Source of the DNA: Camelus dromedarius
Lineage: Eukaryota
DNA length: 64,000 nucleotides
Direction: 5' to 3'
NCBI RefSeq assembly: GCF_036321535.1
Contig: NC_087437.1
Coordinates: 18,230,001-18,294,000 of the forward strand
The notes under the pieces were generated by a model. The model saw only the letters and a program-made list of their open reading frames with translations. It made no database searches and was not told where the DNA came from. The position numbers and the translations under genes are program-made. This document shows, piece by piece, positions 14,001-26,300 of this stretch (the stretch's first letter is position 1; each line of letters begins with the position of its first letter).

Positions 14001-15187
14001 ATATATATATATATACACACACATACACAGCGGACAGACAGCTTCCGGCTCCCCTCGAGTTTACTGTCTAAATCAGGGGTTCGCTCTCCAATTGTACACA
14101 TCAGAACTGCATGGGTTTAGAGGGCACATTCCCTGGCCCCACCCTCCAGAGACTCTGATTCCACAAGTCTGGTAGAGGGCCCTGGAATCTGCATTATAAC
14201 TTGCCCAGATGATTCTGATGAGGTGAGCCACAGAGCACACCTTAAGAAATACGGAACCAGAGGGTAATAAAATAAGGAATTACAGTAAAATGTGGTGGAT
14301 AGAGGGTCTGCTGCAGACAAGAAAGCATCAGAATGCCCTGAAGAGTGGATGAAGACAAAGACATCTGGGCCCTGCCGCTGAAGTCCTAATTCAGTTTGTG
14401 TGGCACTGGGGTAAGAATTTGAACATTTATTTTTCTAATTTGCGTTCCCCAGTGATGCTGCTCCTGCTGGCCACCCTCTACTGCAACAGGATGGGGCCCG
14501 GCAGGGGCGAGGGTGAGGGTCTCACTAACTCATCCTTCTCAACCTCCTTCTCCTGGAACTCGGTGTCCCTGTTGGAGGATTTGGTCCATCCCTACTGTGG
14601 ACCCTGTGTTCCTTAACAGCCACCTCACCCTAAAGCTCCATGTTACTCTTATTCTCACTACTCTATCCTAAGGTTAAACACATGGGGTAGGGGTGGAGGT
14701 GGTAGAGACATGACTAGGTAAATTTTGGTTCATCCATCCAACGGAATACTGCGAAGCCCTGAAAAAAATAATGAAGCAGCTCTATATAAAGGGACAGGAA
14801 ATGACTTCCCAAATAAGTTGTTAAGAAAATAGCCACAGAGGTGGGGAGGGTATAGCTCAGTGGTAGAGCACATGCCTAGCATGCATGAGGTCCTGGGTTC
14901 CATGCCCAGCACCTCCATTAAAATAAATTAATAAACCTAATCACCTCCCCCCAAAAAACAGAAAAAAAAAATAGCCACGGAACAATCTGTAGGATGTGCT
15001 ACCACATTTTTGGGAAAAAGAAAAAGAACGAATACCTGTATGTGCCTGTGTTTGCATAAGTATCTCTGGAAAGACAGACATGACGAACCACTAGCAGTGG
15101 AATCTCTGGGCAGAAATTGGATGGCCCTGCAGAGGGAGGCCTACTTCTTACTCTACATCCTTTTGCATCCTTTCTTTTTTTTTCTTT

Positions 15188-15222
<35 letters not shown>

Positions 15223-18200
15223 CAAAAGCACAAATTAGTGTCTCAAAAGTAAAGAAAAATACTATATCAGAAACAAAATAAAATACCACACTGATGAACT
15301 CTTTGGTGACACAAATAAAAAAACCCTTCCCTGGGTGTACCTGTCGGTCGCTCTGGAATCCTCACATCACAGCCTGGCTGGGCGAGCAGTGCTCTCTGAT
15401 CTTTCCTGGGAGCTCCTCCTCCCAGACTCTCCCAGGAGAGTCTGTTTTTTTCACTCCTCTGCATCCCCTGGAGCTCTGTAAATCGGAGTCAGTCAGTGAA
15501 TGGAGTCAATCAAAGCAGCTGGTACCTACGGCTCTTTGGAGGGCGCCCAGGCGGATTCCTGCACATTAGTTAGACCCTGCGCAATCTGTCTGCAGCAGCA
15601 CACCTAGCAGAATAAAGTAGCAAAGATGATTTGAAACCAGTATAGGGAGGCTGCATCCTCTGCTCTGGATAGTGCCAGATGAGAGGCGATGGGGCCAGGC
15701 TACGCATCAGACGCCATGCCAAATCCCAACTCTGCCACCTGCTGGCTTTGTGACTCTGGGCAAGTCACTGACCCTCTCTGAGCCTGGGTTCCCCCATCAA
15801 TGAACCAGTAAATGCATGTTAGCCCCTGCGTGTAACATGTCTGGCACATGGATGCACAAGGTGCTTAAGAAATATTTATTTCATGTCCCTGATTCCCTTC
15901 CCCCATCTTCAGGTAGCCAGACGCAGTTAAGGAGAGACAAACTAAACAGTGAAGAGGGCAGCACCCCAGGAAGAAAATGGAGCCCCACCTTCCTTAGAAG
16001 AGTCCTCTTCTGTGTCCACAGCCTTCGAGACCATGTGGATTCCTGAGGAGAGCAGAAGCAGTTAGTGGCTCCAGAGCCTTGGACCCCATCCCCAAGTTAG
16101 AGAACAGCAGGGCACAGCACATGAGCGCTGGCCAGAAAGAGGAAGCCCTCCAATCGGTTCTCTACCAGAGACAGGCAGGATGGAGACAGAGAGATCAGAG
16201 TCCACATCCCAGCTCTGCCATGGTTAAGTCCTTGAACCTGGCTAAGCCTCAGGCTCCTCATCAAGAAAGTCAGGGTAATAATACTACCCCACATTAAATC
16301 ACGGGGACGGTGTCATGAGACGACGGATCTGAAGTACTTGGTGAAGTGCACAGCACAGAGCTGTTACTAATAGCACATGCCCCGGTCCCAGCACTGGGGA
16401 AATCAGAGCCATAGGAACAGCACCTCTTAGAACTGGCTGTCTAGCCTCGAAGCAGGGGACGGGAGGAGATGCTGGGTTTGTAAGAAAGGGCAGGTGGGCC
16501 GCTACAGGGATAGGATGAGGAGGTGGGATGAGGTAGGAAAGGCCAGGTTTCATAAGGGGCCAGAAAGGTCCTCCAGGCAGAAGCAGCCCCTGGAGGTCAC
16601 ACTTTAGACACCAGCAACTGCACTAATCAGACACTCACAAGCACACACACACACCACACCTGAGAGCACTCAAGAGAGAGAGCATGCTCCAAACGGGCCG
16701 CATTCACACAGACACACACAGATTTGGGGTCAACCTGCGACATGCTGGAGACAAGGTCAAGTTGGATAGAACTGAATCATAGGCATGGTGAGTTAGAAAG
16801 AGCCTGTTCATGAACCCTGCCTGCTCCATCACTCACTGCCCTCAAGATCCTCACCACATCCCCCAACCCAACTCCCCATGTTTCCACCACCCTACAGAGA
16901 AGAGCAGGCCAGGCAAGAACCCCTGACAGCTGCATGGAACGCCTTCAACACAAACCTGGGCTGGAGCCCTGTCTGTCCCAGATACAAACGTCTTCTCAAG
17001 CTTCCTCACCTGGCCAGAGAGCCTGATGCTACAGGTCCCATGAGCTCCTGGCACCCTCCTCATCCTATAAATTGACTGGTGGGGGACAAGGGAGAGCAGA
17101 AGCCAAGACAAGAGCCATTACTGTGACAAATCACCCAGAACAGACTTACGCTTCGCCTTCCTGAGGGACATGGTCTGGATCTGCAAAGATGGGAAACAGA
17201 GCAGATTACAGGAAACAGGGATCTCTGCTGTGAGCAGCTGGTCCATAGAGAAGGGACATCCAGTGTTTCCACGCCACCCACTGGGAACCCGAGGGAGCTA
17301 AGAGCACTCTGCCTTGACCCCACAATGGCACCATAGCTGAACAGCAGCAACCAGGGTGGCACCACGCTCCTTTTTCCCACAGTGGGGAGGCCAGAATGCC
17401 CCTCTTCAGAGAGGGACTGTGGTTTGAAGGGCAGGAGCCCCATGCAAGCAGAGGGGGACAGGCACACAGTCTTTACTCCTGGCATAACTGGTGGAAATCA
17501 GCCAGGGCGAGGGAAGCTCCCCTCCCTCGATGTGGGCATCTAAGCTGAATGCCCCCTGGGAGGAAGGAGGCATGAAGTGGACAGTCATTGACTACCTGCC
17601 CAACCTCCCTTTTCTAGAAAGTGCCTCTTCTTCCCCCTTCCTCGCAGATGCAGACAGGACAGCCACGTGACCCCACACCACAGCCAGAGCTGACTGTCCA
17701 GGTTTGGGCGGAGAATTCAGGACTGATAATATGTGAACTCAAAGGCTTTTGGCAGCCAACTGGTTGGAGGTTTGGTTTTCTTTGTTTATTGGTTTGTTTG
17801 TTTATGCCACGTGGGACATACATGGAGAGGAAGCTGATGTTCAGAGTAAAAAAAATAATCCAAGTAGATATAGAGAAAGAAACAGAGACACATAACAGAG
17901 GGGAACTCCTGACCACACTCAGGTCTCTGGTTCCAGTTTATTCCTAGAGTTAGCTGCTCCCCTGCCTTGAGCTCTGTGAGATACCCTGTCTAACCTTATG
18001 ATAGATTTCCCTCTTCTGCTTAAGCTTGAGTTGTTTTTCATTACCTACTAATGAATGGCTTATCCAATGTCCATTTCTAACTATCCCTCCTTTGCTCACC
18101 TCCATTCTAGAAACTATAAAACTAATTGTTCCCTTTCTAACCTTCCTTGCAACTATTGTTCCCCATGGAACACAACTCTGATCAATAAAAGTAGAAGTAG

Positions 18201-21200
18201 AAGTCTTGGGAAGATTTTTCATCAACTTCTTCCATTGAATATGGTTGTGATGGGTGGGGCTATGGCAGCCATCTTGCAATTATGAGAATCAAGCATGAGA
18301 ACAAAAGTCAACACGCTAAAGATGGTAAAAAAGAAAAACTGAGCCTGGATTTCCAATGGCATAATTTTGCTGTAACAAAGGCCATCAATTTTCACCTCTT
18401 TTGGTGTTACAATAAAAATAAACCTGTTAACCCATTCTGTTATGTTTAGCCAGTGGGTTCCTAACTGAAACATTTGCAAACAAGAGTTCTGGGTAACATA
18501 AGGAGGAAACCACCAGACTGGACCTGAAGTGGCCACAGCTGTGAAGAGCTAAGTGTGTTGGGGAAAACAAGAAAAAGCAAAGCAGCAGGGGAGTGGATTA
18601 GATATGTTGAGGGGGTGAAGTACAGCTGGGAGAATAGAAAGACACAAACAGCAAGGGGGACAAGAACAGTGGATTAGAGAGTGACAGTGGGTCCACAGCC
18701 CAGGGAAACTGTGTGGAGGGTGGTGGCAGAACCATGGCAGGGACCTGAGGCCACAGGAGAGCCAAGCTGGGGACAGATACACTTCTCCACTGACCTGGGG
18801 CTTGAAAAGGGGAGATGAGCCCAGGCTGGGCAGAGTATGATCTGCATTAGTTGAAGAGTCACAGGATTAATTCTGGGAGGCAGGTACTTAGTGAGTGATG
18901 TCTGTTTATCACACTAGTTTTATCTGACAATCTCATCAGAGGCTGTCAATTTGGAAGAAAGGAATTAGTTAAGAAATTAGGTCTGAGAACACAATGTAAG
19001 GAGCACACACTTTGCATCCCACCTGCCTAGCAAGAGTTGAATCTCACCCGTCATTTATAGTGTGCCTAGTCTGGACTCGGGTGGGGTGTTTAACTGCTCC
19101 AGCCTGTTTGATCATCTATCAAATGAAGATGGAGAGAAGGTAATGTCTACCGTGAAGGGCAGCAATGAGGCTTATATGGAGTAATAAGCCAAGTATCAAC
19201 CGGCACTGGCACTCATGTTGCTTCTGGTGTTACTGTGAACCTCCTAACACGGCCCCACTACCACAGGACAACAAGCATGTCTTCAGCATCCTCATCACTT
19301 TCTGCCCCTCAAGTCTGAGGACTCTCGTCTCTTCCCAAAGAGCCTGATAATGAGATGAGGGCCAATGGGTCCAGAAGAATCTAAGGAGATGGTCACAGGG
19401 AAGAGCCCCAGGGCCTCCAGGGCCTGGCTGGGGGGAGGGTCCACACCTACCATCTTCTCCTGGGAGGCGATGAGCGTGGCTTGTTCCTGGAGCTGGGGCT
19501 GGAGGGCACTCATCTGGTGCTGAGCCTGGGCTTTCTTCTGATTCTCAGACAGGGAGGCCAGGAGCTTCTCATAGTGCTCCTTCAGCTGGTGGCACAGGAA
19601 GACTGGTCAGTCACATGTCTGCAGGGACCTCTGAGAGCCCAGTGCCTGCAGGGCCGGCACATGTGGGCAAATGCCGCTCAGGGTTTTACCTGAAGGAGGT
19701 GGAGGGTTCCCAGACCTGGGCAGGTGGCTTTCTAACAAGACTTACCCTCCCATTTGAGGATTGTTTTTTTTTTCAATTGAAGTACCATCAGTTACAATGT
19801 GTCAATTTCTGGTGTACAGCATAATGTCCCAGTCATACACATACCAACATACATTTGTTTTCATATTCTTTTTCATTATAGGTTACTACAAGATATTGAA
19901 TATAGTTCCCTGTGCTATACAGAAGAAAACTGTTTATCTATTCTATATATAGTTAATATTTGCAAATCTCAAACTCCCAATTTATCCCTTCCCACTGCCT
20001 TCCCCCTGGTAACCATAAGTTTGTCTACTATGTCTGTGACTCTGTTTCTGTTTTGTATGTAAGTTCATCAGTGTCTTCTTTCCATTTGAAGACATTTTCA
20101 AGCAGGTCCTGAGAAGTGAGAATGAATGCAGGCCCATAAGTTCACAGCAAAAGGCTCTCTGTCAGGTGTGCCACCCACTGAAGTCAGGTAAGTTGAGGTC
20201 ATTCAAAAATCACAAAAGGGCGAAGGGTATATCTCAGTGGTAGAGTGTGTGCTTAGCATGCACAAGGTCATGGGTTCGATCTCCAGTACCTCCATTAAAA
20301 AAAAAAACTAAAAAAAAAAAATCAAATGGATGATTTTAGGTGAAAAAAGGTGAAGGAAATGCAGTCACATGCTACCTCTAGTATAGGAGCAGAGAGAAAA
20401 TGAGACTATGTTTTTGTATAAAGAAACTCTAGAAGAAAACAAGAAAGCAATAAAAGAGGTCACATGTGGGGTGGGTGTCAGGGCACGGGTAGATGGAGAT
20501 GGGGTGGAAGTGATATTTTGTGTACCTTAATATAGTCCTTCTGCTCTTGGGACAAACTTGGATGTATTTCTCGTTTTTAAACGTTTCAAATAAGATAAAT
20601 CCATCAGATAGGAATTACTGGATTGGGGGGGCATCTATCACGTGCCAGACTCTGATCTAAGCAACTTCATCCTGATCTAAGCAACTTCATCTTCCAAGCT
20701 TTCTGCAGGCAGAACCTGGGGCCCTTGTTAATTGGCTTCCTCTTCACAGGCATCTTGATAGAAGCTGTATTCTCTGCGATGAGGCCTGCTGCTGACTGTC
20801 CAGTAGTCTGAGTGTCTAAAGCTTTCTATTTGGGCTCCTGCTGAACCATTGCTGAGGTCCATAGCTACCTGGTTCTCTCCTGAGTGGGATTTCAAAGGAG
20901 GGCCCAAACAGGAAAGGACCAGCAATTCTTTGAGTTTTACAGCACAACCCTCCTTGCTGGGTTCAGAAGAGAAAAACTGGAGGCCCCTGCTCCTGGCCAG
21001 GGAAGCTGCTTTCCAAGAGCGGACCCCTCTGTGTATTGACGGGGGTCAGCAGCCAGGAACAAAATATCTGCCAATCAGTATATCCAGAGAAAACCCTGAC
21101 TTCAAAATGACACCTGCACCCCGATGTTCATAGCAGCACTATTTACAATAGCCAAGACATGGAAACAGCCTAAATGTCCATCAATAGATGACTGGATAAA

Positions 21201-23309
21201 GAAGATGTGGTATATTTATACAATGGAATACTATTCAGCCACAAAACCCGACAACATAACGCCATTTGCAGCAACATGGATGTTCCTGGAGAATCTCATT
21301 CTAAGTGAAGTAAGCCAGAAAGAGAAGAAAAATACCATATGAGATCACTCATATGTGGAATCTAAAAAAAAAAAAAGAACATAAATACAAAACAGAAACA
21401 GACTCAAAGACATAGGATACAAACTTGTGGTTGCCAAGGGGGTGGGGGGTGGGAAGGGATTTTAAAATGTAGAATAGATAAACAAGATTATACTGTATAG
21501 CACAGGGAAGTATATACAAGATCTTGTGGTAGCTCACAGTGAAAAAAAAAGTGACAATGAATATATGTATGTTCATGTATAACTGAAAAATTGTGCTCTA
21601 CACTGGAATTTGATACAACATTGTAAAATGACTATTACTCAATAAAAAATGTTAAAAAAAAAAAAGAAAGAAAACACTAAAAATAAATAAATCTCAAAGA
21701 GAAAAAAAAATTATACAAATAAACCTATGTACAAAACAGAAAGAGACTCACAGACACAGAAAACAAACTTATGGTTACCAGAGGGGAAAGGGGCTGGGGG
21801 AGGGATAAATTATGAGTTCGGGATAAGCAGATACAAACTACTATATAAAAATAGATAAACAGCAATGTCCTAGCACAGAGGACTATATTCAGTATCTTGT
21901 AATAACCTATAATGAAAAATATATATATGTTATAATGAAATATATATGTATATGTTAAACTGAATCACTATGCTGTACACCAGAAACTAACACAGCATTG
22001 TGAATCAACTATACTTTAATTTAAAAAAATATCTGCCAACCAGTTCAAGGTGGGGGGCAAAGGATGGGAAGCTGAAGGATGAGAGGAGATTATGGGAAAC
22101 CAGGCTTCCCCAGAGCATCTAATGAGACCTACCTCTCTCTTCTGAGCTGCATGCTCTTCTCGAATTGCCTTCATTTTTCTCTTCCATTCTGTTTCCTAAA
22201 AAAGATTAAACATTTATCAAATGGGCCCCTTGATATTAAAATACATTATAAAGCTACAAGAATTAAAAAGTTCTGGCTCACGAGTAGGCAGAGAGAGCAG
22301 TGAAAAGAACAGAAAGCCCAGACAAAGGAGTGGGGGAGGAATGGAATCTTCATCTGGAGGAAGATGGGTTATTGACAAATGTTCAAACAAGTAACTGCCT
22401 GAAAAAAAAATGTGAACTTGGATCCTTATTTCATATCTTAAATCAAAATAAATCCTAGGTGGTAAAAAATTTCAACTTAAAAAATAGAAGTGACATCAGC
22501 AAGATGATGGACAAGGAGGTGGCAGCTCTTAAAACATCCACAAATGAGAATACCTTTATGGGAGCCCAGGAATCCAGCTGAGAGGTCCCAGTACCTCGGT
22601 GGAGCAAAAAACCCAAGAACAGACACGTTGAAAAGGGGAAGAAGAGTTTCACTCTACCTGTGTCACCCCTCACCCAAGGCAGCACAGCTCAGTGCCAAGA
22701 GACCCCCCTCAGCCCACAGTCTCTCCCACGGAAGTGAGAGCAAGTGAGCACCCAACTGTCCCAGCCTTCAGGGACACTGCCCAGGAGGCCCACTTCTGTC
22801 TCACCCCACCCAGAACCAAGGGAATCAGCATGGCCGACTCGGCTTTTGGTGCTGGTACTCGGATCAAAACACTGGCTGTAGATCCTACTGGTTGGCTTGT
22901 GGGCACCAGGAGGTGTGGAAGAGAAGAAGCAAAAGGGTAGACTGTCTGCAATCAAAATTAAGTTGTTTTCAGCTTAAAATAGACTGCTGTAACTAGAATA
23001 TGTGTTATGTAAGTCTAATACTGATCACAAAGAAAAAGCCTGTAGCTGATACACAAAAAATAAAGAGAAAGGAATCAAGGCAACTCACAAAGGAAGACAG
23101 CAAGAGAGAAAACAAGGGACAAAGTAACTACAGAGCAGTCTGAAAAAATTTAATAAAATGGAAACAGCAAGTCCTTACCTATCAGTAATTACTGTCAATT
23201 TAAATGGATTAAATTCTCCAATCAAAAGGTGAAGAGTGGCTGAATGGATTTTAAATACAAGATCCAAGTAAGTAAAATGACTATAACTCAATTAAAAAAA
23301 GTTAAAAAA

Positions 23310-23364
<55 letters not shown>

Positions 23365-26300
23365 AAGAGATACTGTAAAAGAAAAAAAAAAAAAAAACCA
23401 AGATCCATCTATATGCTGCTTACAAGATATTCATGTTAGGTTTAAGGGCACACATCGGCTGAAACTGAAGTGATGAGAGAAGATATTTCATGTAAATGGT
23501 AAACAAAAGAGAGGAGAGTAGCTATACTGATATCATACAAAATAGATTTTAAGTCAAAAGCTATCACAAGAGACAAAGAAGGTCACTATATAATGATAAA
23601 GGGGTGAATTCATCAAGAGGATATACTACTGTAAATACACAGTCAGCCCTCCATATCCGTCGGTTCCACATCTGTGTATTCCACATCCATGGATTCAACC
23701 AACCGTGGATCAAACATATTTGAAAGAAAAATTCCAGAAAGTTCTGAAAAGCAAAACTTGAATTTGCCTCATGCTAGCAACTATTTATACAGAATTTACA
23801 AATATTTATATAGAATTTAAATTGTATGGGGTATTATAAGTAATATATAGATGATGTAAAGTGTACAGGAGGATGTGCTTAAGTTATACACAAAAATATA
23901 AGGGACTTGAGCATCTGAGGATTTTGGTATTCACAGGGGGTCCTGGACCCAATCTCCTATGGATACTGAGGAACGACTATATATACACCCAACATAGGAG
24001 CACTAAAACATATAAAGCAAATATTAACAGAACTGAAGGGAGAAATAGACAGCAATATAATAATAGTAGGGGATTTCAATACCCCACTTTCAACAATGGA
24101 TATATCATCCAGACACAAAATCAGTAAATAAACAGTGGACTTGAACAGCACTATAGACCAAATAGACTGGACACACAAAGAACATTTCATCCAAGTAGCA
24201 GAGTACACATCCTCTTCAAATGCCCAAGGAACATTCTCCAGGATAGATCACGTGTTGGCCCACAAAACAAGTCTTGCCAATTTAAGCCTGAAATCTTATC
24301 AAGTTAATCTTTTCCAGCCACAATGCTACAAAACTAGAAATCGATAATAGGAGAGAAACAGGAAAATTCACAAATGTGTTAGATATTAAATAACACACTC
24401 CTGAACAAAGAAGAAATCAAAATAGAAGTGAAAGAATAACTTGTGACAAACAAAAATGGAAACATGACATACTTAAATTTCTGGGATGAAGCAAAAGCAG
24501 TTCTAAGAGGGAAGTTTACAGTGATAAAACTTTTACATTAAGGAAAAATTAAGACCTCAAGTTTATAGTGATAAACTTTTACATTAAGAAAAAATTAAGA
24601 CCTAAATCAGTAAATAACCTAACTTATAACTCAAGGACCTAGAAAAAGAAGAACAAATTAAGGTTAGCAGAAGGCAGGAAATAAAGATTAGATCAGATAT
24701 ATTGAAATAGAGAATACAAAAACAATAAAAAAATGATCAACAAGCATTAAGAATTGGTTTTTTGAAAAGATAAACTAAATTGACAAATTCTTAGATAAAG
24801 ATAAAAGAGAAGTCTCAAGTAAAATCAGAAATGAAAGAGGAGGCATTACAACTGATACCACAGAAATGCAAAGGATTACAAGAGTCTTCTATAAACAATT
24901 ATACAGCAATAAATTGGATAATCTAGAAGAAATGGACAAGTTCCTAAAAACATACAATCTACCAAGACTGAATCATAAAAACATAAAAATATGAACAGAC
25001 CAATAATGAGTAAGGAGATTGGATCAGTAACCAAAAATCTCCCAACAAAGAAAATCCCAGAACTGAATAGCTTCACTGGTAAATTCCACCAAACATTTAA
25101 AGCACTAATGCAAATTCTTCTCAAATTCTTTTCAAAAATTTAAGAAGGAACACTTTCAAACACATTTTATGAGGCCAGCATTACTCTTGTCAATTACCAA
25201 ACAAGGACACTACAAGAAAAAAAAAGGCCAATATCCCTAATTAACATAGTTGCAAAAATCCTCAACAGAACTACCATATAATGCAGCAATCCACTTCTTG
25301 GTATTAATCCAAAGGAATTGAAATCGGGATCTCAAAGAGATACCCGCACTCCCATGTTCATCATAGCAGTATTCACCATAGCCAAGACATGGCTATATTT
25401 ACCCCTAAACTCAATAAGTTATACACACTAAATACACACAGCTTTTTATGTGTGAATCATACGTAAAAGTAGCGTGTATGAATGAAAGAATGAATGAACG
25501 CATGAACTAACTAAAACACAGAAATATTTTTCGTTTAAATCTCAGAGTGGCCATAAACAAAAGATTGATAATCTCATCATTTTGACCACATTATGAATTT
25601 TGTATGGTCAAAACCATGATAAAGCTGAAGGACCAATAGAAAACTGGGGGAAATGGCAACAAGAGCGACAAAGGGTTGGGTTAGTTTCCATACATTATAC
25701 AGACTCACAAACTGGTAAGGAAATCAGCAGACAAATAGCAAAGGATGTGAACAGAGTTCATAGAAAAAGAATGGATTTTTTTAATGTAAAACTTGTGAAA
25801 CATCAAGCAGGGGAAACACTTGACTGCTGACGAACAGTTAAACATTAAGCTCTTTCTTAACAGTCCTGGAGAGGAGAATCAGAAGTACAACGTGATTTAA
25901 CTACTGGGCCAATTGCCCTTCCTTGCCACGGAATTATCAGTGATGCAGACCGGATATAACTGGACTGATGTAAGATTCATCCAGCAGTGGCCAGGCCACC
26001 CCCTACCTAAGCTCATGACAGCAGACGGTATACAAGTCTTCCCAATTCCATATCCAGTGACCTCACGCGGGCAGCATGAAATCAGCCATGGTGGGAATAT
26101 TTACACCATGAAAAATGGCAAATGCTACAAATCAAAGCTTTTTTAGTTCTGGACAGCCAGTTGTTAAATATTTACCATCACACCACTAGATCTGTGCCAA
26201 ATATCTTCAAAGCCAGGAGAGGGTCACACTGTCTGAGAACTGTTCCCAGCTGTGTTGGAATCAACATGAGGGCAAAGGTGTCCCGTTAGATACACAGCTG

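Larger units (their letters stand above)
22490..25480 (+). mobile_element. Degenerate, internally deleted L1 (5'UTR piece, ORF2 endonuclease region, 3' piece)
   Basis: aatggattaaattctccaatcaaaagg, atagtaggggatttcaataccccact, ggaacattctccaggatagatca motifs; many frameshifts. Confidence 0.9.

Noticed and set aside
14999..15289. Poly-Lys and poly-Phe ORFs
   Set aside because: Artefacts of the poly-T tract.
20218..20295. tRNA-Ala(AGC) gene (also at 14840, 34235, 51969, 53705)
   Set aside because: Poly-A tails, TSDs, extra 5' G-rich leader and stem mismatches mark these as SINEs.
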